Notes: generated by a model not told the origin, from the letters alone. A stretch of 64,000 bases of DNA from Fimbriimonadales bacterium (GCA_041744215.1 JBGTLG010000006.1:128001-192000); one strand, 5' to 3'. Positions 1 to 10,809 are shown, counted from the first letter of the stretch. Program-made: numbers and translations.

Positions 1-2
1 AG

Positions 3-767
3 TTCGTTTGGAAGGACGGACTGCGCTCACGCACCGAGTACCCCGAAAACTCCCCCAGGCGAGGATTCATCATCGTAGAGAAACAGGGCGAGCGGCTCGA
101 ATATGACCCAAGACGGAATGAGATTCGACGCCGTCGCGGCGATCCCGGCGGCGCTGACTTCATGTTGGCAAGAATTCGCACCGCCTTCTCACGGGGAGAA
201 ATCCGACTGACTGAGTTTGAGAGCGCCGAGATCGCTGGCAGGAAGACGCTAGGGATTGCCGTGGGCGATCGCGAGGGGAACATAGCCCAGAAATTCTGGA
301 TCGACCGGGAGAAAGGCATCATTCTCGCCGCTGTCCAATACGGTCGAGGAGGCGAACGCCGTGGGTACTACGAGTACACCCGGATCAGCTACTCCCCAAC
401 CTTCCCGGAAGGCGCATTCGACATTGTGCGCCAAGGCGCAAAGGTGATCGACGAGCCGGCGGGTCCTCAGGTCCCATGGAAAGTGGTCTTGCCCACGTGG
501 CTGCCGCCGGGCTTCCGCGAGACTTCGCGCAACGTTCGTCAGGCAGGCGATCAGCCTGTCCTGGTGGTCCATTTTAGCGACGGGCGTCGGCATATCACAG
601 TGTTTCAGTCCCAGGGCCGTCGCGAAGGCGTGGTTCCGCCCCGAGAGGCGAGCCAAGGCAAAGTCCTAATGTCCGGCCGCGTTGGAGATGTCTGGGTCGC
701 TGTTCTCTCCGATCTCGAGGCACGGGCCGTTGATGCGGTCCTGAAGTCGTTACGCGCCTCTGATTGA
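3..767 (+). CDS. MucB/RseB-like sigma-E regulatory periplasmic protein (5' partial)
   Basis: Frame is open from the window start (FVWKDGLRSRTEYP...). LolA/RseB-like segment KFWIDREKGIILA..QY, then a C-terminal PTWLPPGF...HFSDGRRHITVFQ segment typical of RseB-C/DUF4367-like domains. Confidence 0.6.
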   Translation, partial: FVWKDGLRSRTEYPENSPRRGFIIVEKQGERLEYDPRRNEIRRRRGDPGGADFMLARIRTAFSRGEIRLTEFESAEIAGRKTLGIAVGDREGNIAQKFWIDREKGIILAAVQYGRGGERRGYYEYTRISYSPTFPEGAFDIVRQGAKVIDEPAGPQVPWKVVLPTWLPPGFRETSRNVRQAGDQPVLVVHFSDGRRHITVFQSQGRREGVVPPREASQGKVLMSGRVGDVWVAVLSDLEARAVDAVLKSLRASD

Positions 768-793
768 GGCGTATTAAGTCCATAATGACGCGT

Positions 794-3130
794 ATGTTCC
801 GTTCGCGGGGTAGCCGGGATCGGAAGCAGCGTAGACCGAGTCCTCGATGGTGGGTTTGGACCAAGCGTGTCCTGGCGACGGCGGTTGGCACCCTATGCCT
901 CACCGTTCTGGGTGTCGGCTTCTACGTGTACTCCGAGATGATCGCCCTCCAACCGAGGGTTGCGAAGCTGCAGCAGTTCGGAGCGGATCTTCACCGTGAT
1001 CCCACGATCATTTATTCGGCAGATGGCGTTGAGATCTGTCGCATGGCCCAGGAGCGTCGCGATCCTGTGACCTGGCCAGAGTTACCGCAGGTGGTCATCG
1101 ACGCGACAGTGGCGGCTGAAGACCGCAGATTCTGGGTACACAAAGGCGTCGACCACACTGCCATAGTGCGTGCGCTCTGGGCAAACTTTCAGGCAGGATC
1201 CACACGTCAGGGGGGATCCACGATCACGCAACAGTTGGCCAAGCGGCTTCTCACCAGCGGTGAACGCACGATCACCCGCAAGATCGAAGACGCATGTCTC
1301 GCTGTGCTGATCGAGCGCGAGTACACCAAAGAGCAGATTCTCACGATGTACGTGAACCAGGTCTTTTACGGGACTGGCTCATATGGCATCAAGGCAGCGG
1401 CCGAAACTTATTTCGGAAAAGATATCCACGATCTCTCCCTCGGAGAAGTCGCTCTCTTGGCGCGCCTCCCCCGCAGGCCATCGAGTGAAAATCCTTACGC
1501 AAACCTTGACGTTGCGACAAAGAACCGTGACTATGTCCTTGGGGTCATGCAAGAGGAGGGAGTGATCACCGGCGAACAGTACGCGAAGGCGACGAAAGAG
1601 AAAGTGAAGCTGATGCCGAAACCGATTCAAACAACCGGCATCACGCAAGCGCCGTACTTCGCAACGTGGATTCTCGCGCAGTTAAGGGAAGAATTCCCTA
1701 ACGACGACTTTGCGCGCGGCGGCTACAAGATCTACACCACGCTGAACATGGATGCACAGCGAGCCGCAGAGCGTGCGTTGCAAAACACACTCAAGCAGTA
1801 CAAGGGCCAGAAGGTGACCGAAGGGGCAATCGTTGTTGCGGACACCAACGGTCAAGTGATGGCGATGGTTGGTGGAGCAGACTTCAAGCGCTCTCAGTAC
1901 AACAACGTGACTCAAGGCAAGCGGCAGCCGGGTTCTGCGTTCAAGCCATTCGTGTACGCCGCAGCGATGGAGCGGGGCCTGCTTAAGCCGACGAGCATGG
2001 TGTCGAACGAGCCTTTTGTTTATGTCGACCCGAGCACGAGAAAGACATGGAAGCCTAAGGGTGGCGGCGGAGGAGGAATGGTCTCCGTTCAAACAGCGTT
2101 AGTGAAATCTATAAACGTCCCAGCAGTGCATACCGCCAAACTTGTGGGCGCTTCGGATGTGACAAGATTCGCCCGAGAGGTCTTTGGGATTCGATCAAAA
2201 CTCGATCCAGTGCTACCGATTGCACTTGGAACAAGCGCAGTCTCACCCATGGAGATGGCTGAAGCGTACTCAGTTTTCATGACGGGCGGAAATCGGGTGA
2301 AGATGTTTGGAATCAAGCGAGTTGTCGGCCCAAGCGGTGGAGTCATTAAGGACTTCACGCCCCGGATCATCGGCAATGTTTTGAGTGAAAGCACCGCGCT
2401 GCCAATACGAGATATGTTGAGACGCGTTGTATTGGAAGGCACGGCTACGAAGGCGTCAGGGATTCCGAACGCATCGGGAAAAACCGGAACGAATGATGAC
2501 TATCTCGATGCCTGGTTCTGTGGGTTCACAGACAGGCTCGTAGCGATCGCATGGGTTTCCAATGCGACGTACGATCCCAATCGGAAGCCAGCGTGGAAAT
2601 ATGGAAGCATGAGCCGAATCTTTGGTGGCGATGCACCCACATACCTATGGGCGCAGACGATCAAACCGATTCAGGAGCTCATCGGCGAAAAGTCCAGCGG
2701 ACGCAGACCCACGCACTTCGGTGGCGGCGGAGCAACGCAGACCACCGTCCTAATCTGCTTGGAGACTGGAAGTCGCGCCGCGCCTGGGCACTGTCCACGC
2801 ACCGAAACGCAAGTGCTCGACATCACAAAAGCGCGTGAGATAGCCTCGTGTGGAGTACACGGACCGATAGAGCGAGAGGCACCGATGATTGATCCCGGGC
2901 AACCCGTCGATACGCCGCCAATCACTCGCAACCCGCCGATCAACAATGAGACTGTTGAGTTCGAGATTTGCATTGACTCGCTGTTGCGTGCAACCCAGTA
3001 CTGTCCCGTACGCAGGATTGAAATGTTTCGAGCAACCGATGCGCCCAAGGGATCGTGCAAGATTCATACGCCGGAGGCACTATGGCGGTCGACGTACGCA
3101 AACCGCGGCGCAGCGTTGATCCAGGACTAG
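794..3130 (+). CDS. Class A penicillin-binding protein (PBP1A family, transglycosylase/transpeptidase)
   Basis: N-terminal TM; GT51 motifs EDRRFWVHKGVD, GGSTITQQL, RKIED; transpeptidase motifs SAFK, SIN, KTG. ATG 794 chosen because CATAAT lies 7 nt upstream. Confidence 0.95.
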   Translation: MFRSRGSRDRKQRRPSPRWWVWTKRVLATAVGTLCLTVLGVGFYVYSEMIALQPRVAKLQQFGADLHRDPTIIYSADGVEICRMAQERRDPVTWPELPQVVIDATVAAEDRRFWVHKGVDHTAIVRALWANFQAGSTRQGGSTITQQLAKRLLTSGERTITRKIEDACLAVLIEREYTKEQILTMYVNQVFYGTGSYGIKAAAETYFGKDIHDLSLGEVALLARLPRRPSSENPYANLDVATKNRDYVLGVMQEEGVITGEQYAKATKEKVKLMPKPIQTTGITQAPYFATWILAQLREEFPNDDFARGGYKIYTTLNMDAQRAAERALQNTLKQYKGQKVTEGAIVVADTNGQVMAMVGGADFKRSQYNNVTQGKRQPGSAFKPFVYAAAMERGLLKPTSMVSNEPFVYVDPSTRKTWKPKGGGGGGMVSVQTALVKSINVPAVHTAKLVGASDVTRFAREVFGIRSKLDPVLPIALGTSAVSPMEMAEAYSVFMTGGNRVKMFGIKRVVGPSGGVIKDFTPRIIGNVLSESTALPIRDMLRRVVLEGTATKASGIPNASGKTGTNDDYLDAWFCGFTDRLVAIAWVSNATYDPNRKPAWKYGSMSRIFGGDAPTYLWAQTIKPIQELIGEKSSGRRPTHFGGGGATQTTVLICLETGSRAAPGHCPRTETQVLDITKAREIASCGVHGPIEREAPMIDPGQPVDTPPITRNPPINNETVEFEICIDSLLRATQYCPVRRIEMFRATDAPKGSCKIHTPEALWRSTYANRGAALIQD

Positions 3131-4857
3131 TCATCCTTCCCAGCATCGTGGCCTTTGGCCTCGTTGCGCTGCTCGTTCGACTTTGGTTCTTGCAGGTCGT
3201 GCGAGGAGAGGAACTCAGCAAACTTGCGATCCGTCGCACCACCATCTCCGCCCCGATCACTGCGCCGCGAGGGCAGATATTGGATCGACAAGGACGGGTG
3301 CTCGCTGGCGTCAAGTCAACACTCGCTGTTATGGTGCGCCCAGTTGAAATCAAAGGCAACCACGACGCGATTGAGCGGCTCGCGAAAGTGCTCGATATGG
3401 AAGTTGCTGATGTTAAGGATGCGGTTGCCGAGAACAACTACCGCGGGACGCTCCCGTTCGTTATCAAAACCGGCGTTACACCAGCACAGGCCATCGCGGT
3501 TGAAGAACATAAGCCGTTTCTTCCTGGCGTTTCCGTCCGACAAGCGACTGTTCGCGTGTATCCGAATGGTGCAGCCGGGGCGCACGTGGTGGGCTACGTC
3601 GGCGGTCTGACTGAAGCTGACCAGACTCGACTGAAGGATGCAGGCATCGATGCCCTACCCAACTTTAGCGGCAAGGTCGGTGTCGAGAGAAGCTACGACG
3701 TCGGGCTGATTGGAACCGCCGGATCGGTTCGCGTGCAAGTGGATCGGCGAGGTCGACAGCTAGCCGAGCCAGAAACGTCCCCGCCGCTACCTGGAGAGAA
3801 GCTTGTTTTAGGTATCGACGTAGACTTGCAGAAAGCCGCGCGCAGCGCGTTAGGGGGACGTCGAGGAACAGTCGTGGCGATCGACCCGGCAACAGGCCAA
3901 ATCCTCTGTATGGTGAGTAGCCCTGATTACGATCCGAATCTTTTCGTTGGGAGGATTCCATCCAAACAACTGAAGTCGCTTCTCGAAGGCGAAAGTAAGC
4001 CGATGCTGAATCGTGCTGTCGCAGCGGCTTACGCCCCTGGTTCGACATTCAAACTCGCTGTGCTGATCGCTGCTGTGCGCGCTGGTGTCGTTAGCCCGGG
4101 CACCACGCATGTGTGCGAAGGATCTGTTCGAATCTACGACCGCACGTTTCGATGCTTGAGTGTTCATGGCCGAATCAATTATGAAGTCGCGATAGAGAAG
4201 TCTTGCAACGTCTTCTTTGCTGAAGTTGCTAAGCGCTTGAAGTCGGAACAGATTGTCGATGTCGCGGAAGACTTTGGACTAGGAAGCCCAACCGGAATCG
4301 ACTTGGTTTCCGAAAGACGTGGGCTCGTGCCGACGCAAGCCTGGGTAAAGGATCGCAAGCTGACTTGGTATCTTGGCGACACAGTGAATCTGGGAATCGG
4401 CCAAGGCTATCTCGAAGCGACACCACTGCAAATGGCGAACTTCGCTGCGATACTCGCCAATCGAGGATACGCTTTCCAGCCGCACATTGTGCAAAGCATC
4501 TCTCATTTTGGCGCAGATGCAAAGCCTCGGTACATCAAGCCAACGATGAAGTACCAGGTGAATGTTGACCCGCTTTGGTGGGACAGAATCTTCGGCGCGA
4601 TGCGCAGGGTTGTGTCGACGGGAACGGGTTCGGCTGCTGCAATCGAGGGCATCTCTTTTGCTGGGAAGACGGGAAGCGCTGATACCCGCCAAACCGAGAG
4701 GTCGCATGCGTGGTTCATCGGATTTGCTCCCACCGACAAACCGAGAATCGCCATCGCAGTTCTGCTTGAGGCTGCGGGCCGCGGAGGCGAGGAGGCTGCT
4801 CCCGTGGCTCGGTCGGTCGTTTCCCAGTATCTAAAGCGACCAACCCCCGCAAACTAA
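3082..4857 (+). CDS. mrdA: Penicillin-binding protein 2 (class B)
   Basis: RLWFLQV, APRGQILDR, GKVGVERSYD, STFK, SCN and KTG motifs; GGAGG SD before ATG 3082. Confidence 0.92.
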   Translation: MAVDVRKPRRSVDPGLVILPSIVAFGLVALLVRLWFLQVVRGEELSKLAIRRTTISAPITAPRGQILDRQGRVLAGVKSTLAVMVRPVEIKGNHDAIERLAKVLDMEVADVKDAVAENNYRGTLPFVIKTGVTPAQAIAVEEHKPFLPGVSVRQATVRVYPNGAAGAHVVGYVGGLTEADQTRLKDAGIDALPNFSGKVGVERSYDVGLIGTAGSVRVQVDRRGRQLAEPETSPPLPGEKLVLGIDVDLQKAARSALGGRRGTVVAIDPATGQILCMVSSPDYDPNLFVGRIPSKQLKSLLEGESKPMLNRAVAAAYAPGSTFKLAVLIAAVRAGVVSPGTTHVCEGSVRIYDRTFRCLSVHGRINYEVAIEKSCNVFFAEVAKRLKSEQIVDVAEDFGLGSPTGIDLVSERRGLVPTQAWVKDRKLTWYLGDTVNLGIGQGYLEATPLQMANFAAILANRGYAFQPHIVQSISHFGADAKPRYIKPTMKYQVNVDPLWWDRIFGAMRRVVSTGTGSAAAIEGISFAGKTGSADTRQTERSHAWFIGFAPTDKPRIAIAVLLEAAGRGGEEAAPVARSVVSQYLKRPTPAN

Positions 4858-6995
4858 AGCTCCTCGAGCGCAATTACTTCATCGTCGATTCGTATTGCAT
4901 CGGCGTCTCTGCCGCTGACGCGATAAAGGGACGTCAGCCTGCGAGCAACCTGCTTTAGTTCGTCAAATCGAATCGACGCGATTCGCAAAGACTGGCCGCC
5001 CAACTCAAATTCGTATAACTCCGCAACGCCGCCGGTCATGCGTTTGATTTCACCGTAGGTCTTCTTGCGGTAATCGACCAAAATATTGTATGCGCCTTCC
5101 AGAGATGCAATCTCCTCGGTTCGGTCGCTCGCCTCTTTCGCCAAATCTGCCAAAAACATTCTTGCTTCAATGGTGTCAGTGCTAATCAACCAGGGAAGAG
5201 CGCGGATAGTGAAGTAGTTCGACGACTCCATTTCTACCAACTCGCTCGCAACGGTGGTAGCTCGCGGCACATCTCCGATAGATACGAAAAACTGGAATAA
5301 CTTTCTTTTGTAAAGCGGACTTGCAGGCGCGAGCGATGCGGCTCTTCCATAACTCGCTTCCGCTTGGGAGCCCAACTTTAGCGCAGCCAGAGCATCGGCA
5401 TAGAGCGCGTGGTTCGCAGCCGTTGGGCGGAGCCGGAGGGCTTCTTCGAGTAGCTGCTTCGCCTCATCTCGATCCCCACGCGCCTCGCCGTGCCGGCCAG
5501 CGGATTCAAGGGTCTCTGCGCGGGAGAGCAAAAGCCTTGAAAGCAAGGTCCTTCCCGTCGGATCGAGCGGTTGCCGCGACACATCGCGAAGTTGATTGAG
5601 TGCGCGATCGTACTCACCGTTGCGAATGAGCACCGTCGCGTGGAACAGACCACGATCGTTCGCTGCCGTCATTGCCATGTACCCGATCACGATGAACGAA
5701 AGAAGCGAAGCCGGCAGCAATCGCGCCCCCATCGTAGACCTCTCCGGCCGTGCGCCGTCCGGTGCAAGCAACAGTGCAAGGCCGATCAGTGCGAATACCG
5801 AAACTCCAAATCCGAAGTAACTGAACGACGACTCGACGAAAGCGTTTGCTCCACCGGCGACAACGCTGGCAACGATCCCATTGCGCAGAATGTTTTCACT
5901 CGAAGGAACTCCAGGATTCTGTCTCCACGCGAATGTAATCCACACGCCGATGAACGCGAATAGCGACAACACGCCGAACGCGCCAGTCTCGGCAGCCAGC
6001 TGGAGATAGGAATTGTGCGCGAGCGCGGAGCCCTGCGTGGTCGAGTACCTCGGAAACGCTGGGCTAAATGCGCCAATACCAACTCCGGCCACCGGATTCT
6101 CGCCGGCCATCTTCGCGGTGTCGATCCACAACTGTCGCCGAAAACCGACAGACTGCTCCGCTTCTGCGCCGGCGGCGAACACGCGGCTCGAACTCCCAGG
6201 TTCTGCGGATCGAGCGGGAGCGTACAGCAGCAAAAGAATCGCAGCAGTCGCTACGCCAAGCACGACCAACGGCGTGCACTCTTCCGCAGTCGGTCGCGAA
6301 CGCTTTTGAATCATCGAGGCCCCTACGAACGCCACTACCCCAACAAGCGCCGAAGCGAGACCTCCCTTGCTTGCGGTTAACCAGAGGGCGGCGAGGATCA
6401 GCGCACACCCAACGGCAACTGTCGTTCCGAGCGCCCTGCTTCGCGCAAAACTCATACTGAGCGCAACCCCTGCGGGAAGCGCCATTGATAAAAGGCTCGC
6501 TGCCGCGTTTGGATTTTGCCATCCTGCAAAGATGCGCCAGTTGGGCGCTGTTGCCGAGTTTTGGAGGTACTCCCATGCTCCAAACATCGCCATCACACAG
6601 CAACCTGCGAACCAGGCGGCGACCATAAGCCGTGGTCCATCGGAACGGCCAACTGCTGATACACAGACACCGATTGCTAAACAGTAAACGGTCCACCTGC
6701 AAAACTCAAGAATGGTGTCGTGCCGAAACTCGCTCCCGATCACCGATACAAACAGCGCGAGCCAAAAGAGCGTTAACGGCACGAGTAGCCGAGGCGCTGG
6801 CAACATGATGACGGTGTTGCGAAATGCGACAAGCAAGACAGCAGCGACAATGGGCACCGCGATAAGCAAGTGCTCGAGCATAACAGGAATCGCTCCCGTG
6901 TCCGTTGCTGCATCCAGCGAAAGCCTACCGCCAAAGACCGGTGCGAAGAACATCGCGACCATCAATAGCAGCAGCGGTGGCGCCGGCAGCTTCAC
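4854..6995 (-). CDS. O-antigen ligase (Wzy_C) family membrane protein with C-terminal TPR-like region
   Basis: Multiple TM helices, NPN motif, TASKGG, R..LW...GVGIGAF, AHNSYLQLAAETG; helical repeat tail. Confidence 0.85.
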   Translation of the reverse strand: MKLPAPPLLLLMVAMFFAPVFGGRLSLDAATDTGAIPVMLEHLLIAVPIVAAVLLVAFRNTVIMLPAPRLLVPLTLFWLALFVSVIGSEFRHDTILEFCRWTVYCLAIGVCVSAVGRSDGPRLMVAAWFAGCCVMAMFGAWEYLQNSATAPNWRIFAGWQNPNAAASLLSMALPAGVALSMSFARSRALGTTVAVGCALILAALWLTASKGGLASALVGVVAFVGASMIQKRSRPTAEECTPLVVLGVATAAILLLLYAPARSAEPGSSSRVFAAGAEAEQSVGFRRQLWIDTAKMAGENPVAGVGIGAFSPAFPRYSTTQGSALAHNSYLQLAAETGAFGVLSLFAFIGVWITFAWRQNPGVPSSENILRNGIVASVVAGGANAFVESSFSYFGFGVSVFALIGLALLLAPDGARPERSTMGARLLPASLLSFIVIGYMAMTAANDRGLFHATVLIRNGEYDRALNQLRDVSRQPLDPTGRTLLSRLLLSRAETLESAGRHGEARGDRDEAKQLLEEALRLRPTAANHALYADALAALKLGSQAEASYGRAASLAPASPLYKRKLFQFFVSIGDVPRATTVASELVEMESSNYFTIRALPWLISTDTIEARMFLADLAKEASDRTEEIASLEGAYNILVDYRKKTYGEIKRMTGGVAELYEFELGGQSLRIASIRFDELKQVARRLTSLYRVSGRDADAIRIDDEVIALEEL

Positions 6996-7894
6996 AGCCG
7001 GCCCGTCCTGCGCTTGTAGTCATCAATTCGATTCTTAGTAACAAGCACCAGCCTTCGAAGCCACAAAAACCCTCGTGCCGCCACGACTGCAAAGGGCCGA
7101 AAAACGGGCGGGGTCTTTGGAAGGTAGTGCTTCCTATAGAACTGCATCATGCTTTTGTGAAACTGCACAATCATTTTGTTCGCAACCAAATCAGTGCTGC
7201 GGCCGATTGCATGAGTGACGATGGCATCGGGCAGGTAGGTCACACGAAACCCGTGCTCGTGCGCGCGATAACAAAGATCTACGTCCTCCATGTACATAAA
7301 GAATTGCTCGTCGAATCCTGATGTCGCTTCAAAGCACTCTCGCGTCATGCAGAATGCGGCACCGCTCACCCAGTCTACATCGCGCGGACAATCATGCGGC
7401 CAGTCTTGCATGAGATACTCGCGACTGTAACGATTCTTTGGAAAGATTTTTCCTAATGGTGTGTTGCGAAAAACCGCGGCGAGCGGTGTGGGAAATCGCC
7501 TGCATGAGTATTGCAAAGACCCGTCTGGGTTGAGCAACTTTGGGCCGACAATCCCGACATCCTTGTTTTGCTTCAGGTACTGAACGATCTTCGCCAATGC
7601 CCCTTCATGAACAATCGCGTCGCTGTTAAGGGGCATCAGAAACTCGCCGGTAGCTCCGCGCAATGCCGCATTGTGCCCGCCGCCAAAACCAAGGTTCACC
7701 TCTGATCGAAACAGCCGAACCCAAGGAAACTCGCGTTCGACCATGTCTGGGCTGTCATCGTGACTCGCATTGTCCCAAACAATCACCTCCAGCGAGACTT
7801 CTCCCTTCACCGCGTCCAAGCTGCAGAGACACTCGCGCAACTCGGCGCAAGTGTTCCAGCTGCAAATGGTTACACTAAGCTCTAAAGCCTGCAT
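6992..7894 (-). CDS. Glycosyltransferase family 2 (WbbL/rhamnosyltransferase-like)
   Basis: DNASHD, NLGFGGGHN, LNSD, DWVSGA, FDEQFFMYMEDVDLC. Confidence 0.9.
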   Translation of the reverse strand: MQALELSVTICSWNTCAELRECLCSLDAVKGEVSLEVIVWDNASHDDSPDMVEREFPWVRLFRSEVNLGFGGGHNAALRGATGEFLMPLNSDAIVHEGALAKIVQYLKQNKDVGIVGPKLLNPDGSLQYSCRRFPTPLAAVFRNTPLGKIFPKNRYSREYLMQDWPHDCPRDVDWVSGAAFCMTRECFEATSGFDEQFFMYMEDVDLCYRAHEHGFRVTYLPDAIVTHAIGRSTDLVANKMIVQFHKSMMQFYRKHYLPKTPPVFRPFAVVAARGFLWLRRLVLVTKNRIDDYKRRTGRL

Positions 7895-8735
7895 CCCACC
7901 CTCGCGCACGTACGAACGCTCCAGTCTGTATCAGCAGGAAGAACACCCAAAAGAACGGGAAGTTCCATAAACGCACATGCCACTTGCGATAGTAGCGTAT
8001 AAGGCTGCGGTGCGATTCCCAGATCATAGACTTCCGTACCTGGCGCGTGCTGGCGCCGCCGTAGTGAATCAAACGCACCGCAGGTGTGTAACGGATAACC
8101 CAGCCTGCTCGATGTAAACGGTAAAGCAAATCGACTTCATTGAAGAAAATCGGGAATCGTTCGTCCATGAGGCCAATCTCATCAAGCGCGGCTTTTCGAT
8201 AAACGATAAATGTTCCCATGGGCTGCTCGATATCTGCTTCTGTTTCGTAATCGAAAAACCGCATTCGATAGGCGCCGAATACTTGGCTCATTGGAAAGAC
8301 TCGAGAAAGCCCGACAATGTCCCACAAAACAGAAAGCGGACGCGGGAATCCCCGGATACTCGGTTGCACGGTCATGTCAGGATTGAGAAACTTTCCTGTG
8401 AGCGCGCCAACTTTTGGATGTGTTCGAAACTCGCTCAAAGCCAGATCCAAAGAGTTGTCGACAAACTCTGTGTCTGCATTGAGCGTTAGCAATGCGTCTC
8501 CCTTTGCCTCTCGAAACGCGAGATTGTTGCCAGCTGCATATCCCATGTTTTTCGTTTGGGAGAACAATCGAACAAATGGAAATTCTTGAGACACCATTTG
8601 CGCCGAGCCATCTGTGCTCGCATTGTCCACTACGAGAATCTCATAGTTCTCTACGGGAGCAAATCGTTGGATGGATTCAAGACATCTTCGCAGATGCTCG
8701 CGCGTGTTCCAGTTTACGATGAGGATGCTGAGCAT
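7875..8735 (-). CDS. Glycosyltransferase family 2
   Basis: SILIVNWN, VVDNASTDGS, GYAAGNN, LNAD, DERFPIFFNEVDL. Confidence 0.9.
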   Translation of the reverse strand: MLSILIVNWNTREHLRRCLESIQRFAPVENYEILVVDNASTDGSAQMVSQEFPFVRLFSQTKNMGYAAGNNLAFREAKGDALLTLNADTEFVDNSLDLALSEFRTHPKVGALTGKFLNPDMTVQPSIRGFPRPLSVLWDIVGLSRVFPMSQVFGAYRMRFFDYETEADIEQPMGTFIVYRKAALDEIGLMDERFPIFFNEVDLLYRLHRAGWVIRYTPAVRLIHYGGASTRQVRKSMIWESHRSLIRYYRKWHVRLWNFPFFWVFFLLIQTGAFVRARGWDAGFRA

Positions 8736-8900
8736 GGCGAAAACTCGGGTTTTGGGAATCTTAGCCGATCATCTGCCGTATACACCTGAAGCCACAGCGT
8801 ACGCACGGAGGATTTGAGCGCTGAATTGCTATCGTGTCCGAGCACCGGGTACGCTAATACTCGCTTGAGGCTCGCGTAGGCCTTCGGCGTCGGAGGGAAA

Positions 8901-10673
8901 GTGCTGAGAAAGCTAACAACCATCACGATTGCCTGCCTTGTCGGAATTGGGACAATGGCATCACACGCAAGCGCGCAATCATCAAAAGTACAAGTTAAGG
9001 GCGAAACTGTTAACGTTCGCCAAGCTCCAAACACATCCAGCAGAGTCGTAACCACCGTATCCCGCGGAGCGACGGCAACCGTCGTCAGCCGCGAAGGCGC
9101 GTGGGCGAAACTGAAATTCTCCGATGGAAAGGTCGGATATGTCCGCAGAGACCTCCTTCAGGCCCACACAGGCTCCAGCACGACCCAGGCGTCGAACTCC
9201 GGATCAAGCCGAGTCGCGATCAAGGGCTCGACCGTCAATGTCCGCTCTAAGCCGAACACGACCAGCTCCGTCGTCCGCACAGCGGCGCAGGGGACCGTGG
9301 CCACCCTCATGGCCCGCGAAGGCGAGTGGGCAAAACTCAAATTTTCCGACGGCAAAGTCGGGTACGTCCGAAGAGACCTGCTGACTAGCAACGTCTCTAC
9401 CACGGCCGCCAGCCCGGCACCAGCCAAAGTCGCCATCAAGGCCGCCGCCGCGAACGTCCGTCGCGGCGCAGGAACCAGCTCCGCCGTCATGACGACCGTC
9501 ACCCAAGGGACAGTCGCCACGATCGTGAGCACTCAAGGCGAATGGGCCAAGCTTCAGTTCTCCGGCGGAACCGTCGGATGGGTGCGCCGCGATCTGCTCA
9601 CGAGCAACATCTCCAGCACCGCGTCGGGTCCCCAAATGGTAGTCACGCGAGTGCCGAACGTCATCGTTCGAAGTGGACCGAGCACCTCCACCCGGCAGGT
9701 GGCGAAAGTCGCCCGTGACACCGTCGCCACGGTCCTCTCCAGGGATGGCGAATGGACAAAACTCAGATTCCAAGGCGGGACGGTCGGCTATGTCCGGCGC
9801 GACCTCCTCGCCTCTGCGCCGCCCAACGGTAAACCGACCCATGCCGTTTCGGGCGAGAAAATCAACCACATTTCGACATCCCTCGTAAAGATCAACGCGA
9901 ACAACGTCTCTGTTCGCAGAGAGGCCAGCACCACTTCCCAGCGAGTGACCCAAGTCGATCGAGGCACAGTCGCTACAATCCTCGACCGCCAGGGCGCCTG
10001 GTACCGCGTGAAGTTCGAGCACGGAACCGTGGGATTCGTCCGAGGGGATCTCCTCAATCCGTTCACCCGAACGGGCTCCGGCTCACGCACCGCCTCCAGC
10101 GCCTACGTCGCTGCCAAGAGCGCGCCGAAGATCGCGGTCAACCCCAACGACGTCCTCGTGGTGGCTGAAGCCAAGCGAATGCTCGGCACACCCTACGTTT
10201 TTGCAAGCCACACCACGCGCGGCGTCGATTGCTCGGGCCTCGCGTACTACCTGTATCGAACCTTCGAAGGCGTCACATTGCCACGCACCTCGCGAGACAT
10301 GGCGAGCTACGGTGTCGCAGTCTCGAGAGAGAACGTGAGCCCCGGTGATCTCCTCTTCTTCCACACGAGGGGCAGCTCCCGCATCAACCACGTCGGCATC
10401 TATATCGGCGGTGGAAAGTTCATCCACTCGAGCAGTTCCGCGGGCAGAGTCGTCATCGGCAGTTGCGACGGAGGCTACTACAAAACGCGTCTCGCGGCTA
10501 TCCGACGAGTCAAGTCGACGCTCAAAAAGGCCGGCGGAGGCTCCTCAACGGCGCCTAAGCCTGCCGAAAGCAATCCCGAGCAGAAGCCAGAGCCCAAGCC
10601 CGAGTCGAAGCCAGCCGAGACCAAGGCCGACCCCGATCCCCCGTCAGACTTCGGTTCAGGCGACGGCGAATAG
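8901..10673 (+). CDS. Secreted NlpC/P60 peptidoglycan endopeptidase with five SH3b repeats
   Basis: Signal peptide; five repeats of NVR..P.T.S..V....G...W.K..F..G.VG(Y/W/F)VR.DLL; catalytic domain LGTPY, DCSG, HVGIY, FIHSS; Pro/Lys/Glu-rich tail. Confidence 0.93.
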   Translation: MLRKLTTITIACLVGIGTMASHASAQSSKVQVKGETVNVRQAPNTSSRVVTTVSRGATATVVSREGAWAKLKFSDGKVGYVRRDLLQAHTGSSTTQASNSGSSRVAIKGSTVNVRSKPNTTSSVVRTAAQGTVATLMAREGEWAKLKFSDGKVGYVRRDLLTSNVSTTAASPAPAKVAIKAAAANVRRGAGTSSAVMTTVTQGTVATIVSTQGEWAKLQFSGGTVGWVRRDLLTSNISSTASGPQMVVTRVPNVIVRSGPSTSTRQVAKVARDTVATVLSRDGEWTKLRFQGGTVGYVRRDLLASAPPNGKPTHAVSGEKINHISTSLVKINANNVSVRREASTTSQRVTQVDRGTVATILDRQGAWYRVKFEHGTVGFVRGDLLNPFTRTGSGSRTASSAYVAAKSAPKIAVNPNDVLVVAEAKRMLGTPYVFASHTTRGVDCSGLAYYLYRTFEGVTLPRTSRDMASYGVAVSRENVSPGDLLFFHTRGSSRINHVGIYIGGGKFIHSSSSAGRVVIGSCDGGYYKTRLAAIRRVKSTLKKAGGGSSTAPKPAESNPEQKPEPKPESKPAETKADPDPPSDFGSGDGE

Positions 10674-10733
10674 CGATTGCCCGAGCTCAGGTTGAATTCA
10701 GAGGACCGAATGCCCCACAATGGGCGCGTAATC

Positions 10734-10809
10734 GCCCCGGTCGTCTAGCGGTTAGGACATCGCCCTTTCACGGCGAAGGTCGCGGGTTCGAATCCCGTCC
10801 GGGGTACCA
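10734..10809 (+). tRNA. tRNA-Glu (TTC)
   Basis: Cloverleaf: acceptor GCCCCGG/CCGGGGT, anticodon arm TCGCC-CTTTCAC-GGCGA, T-loop TTCGAAT, encoded CCA. Confidence 0.97.

Noticed and set aside
9204-10022. 272-aa antisense ORF
   Set aside because: Shadow of the repetitive, GC3-biased SH3-NlpC gene; no recognisable motifs.
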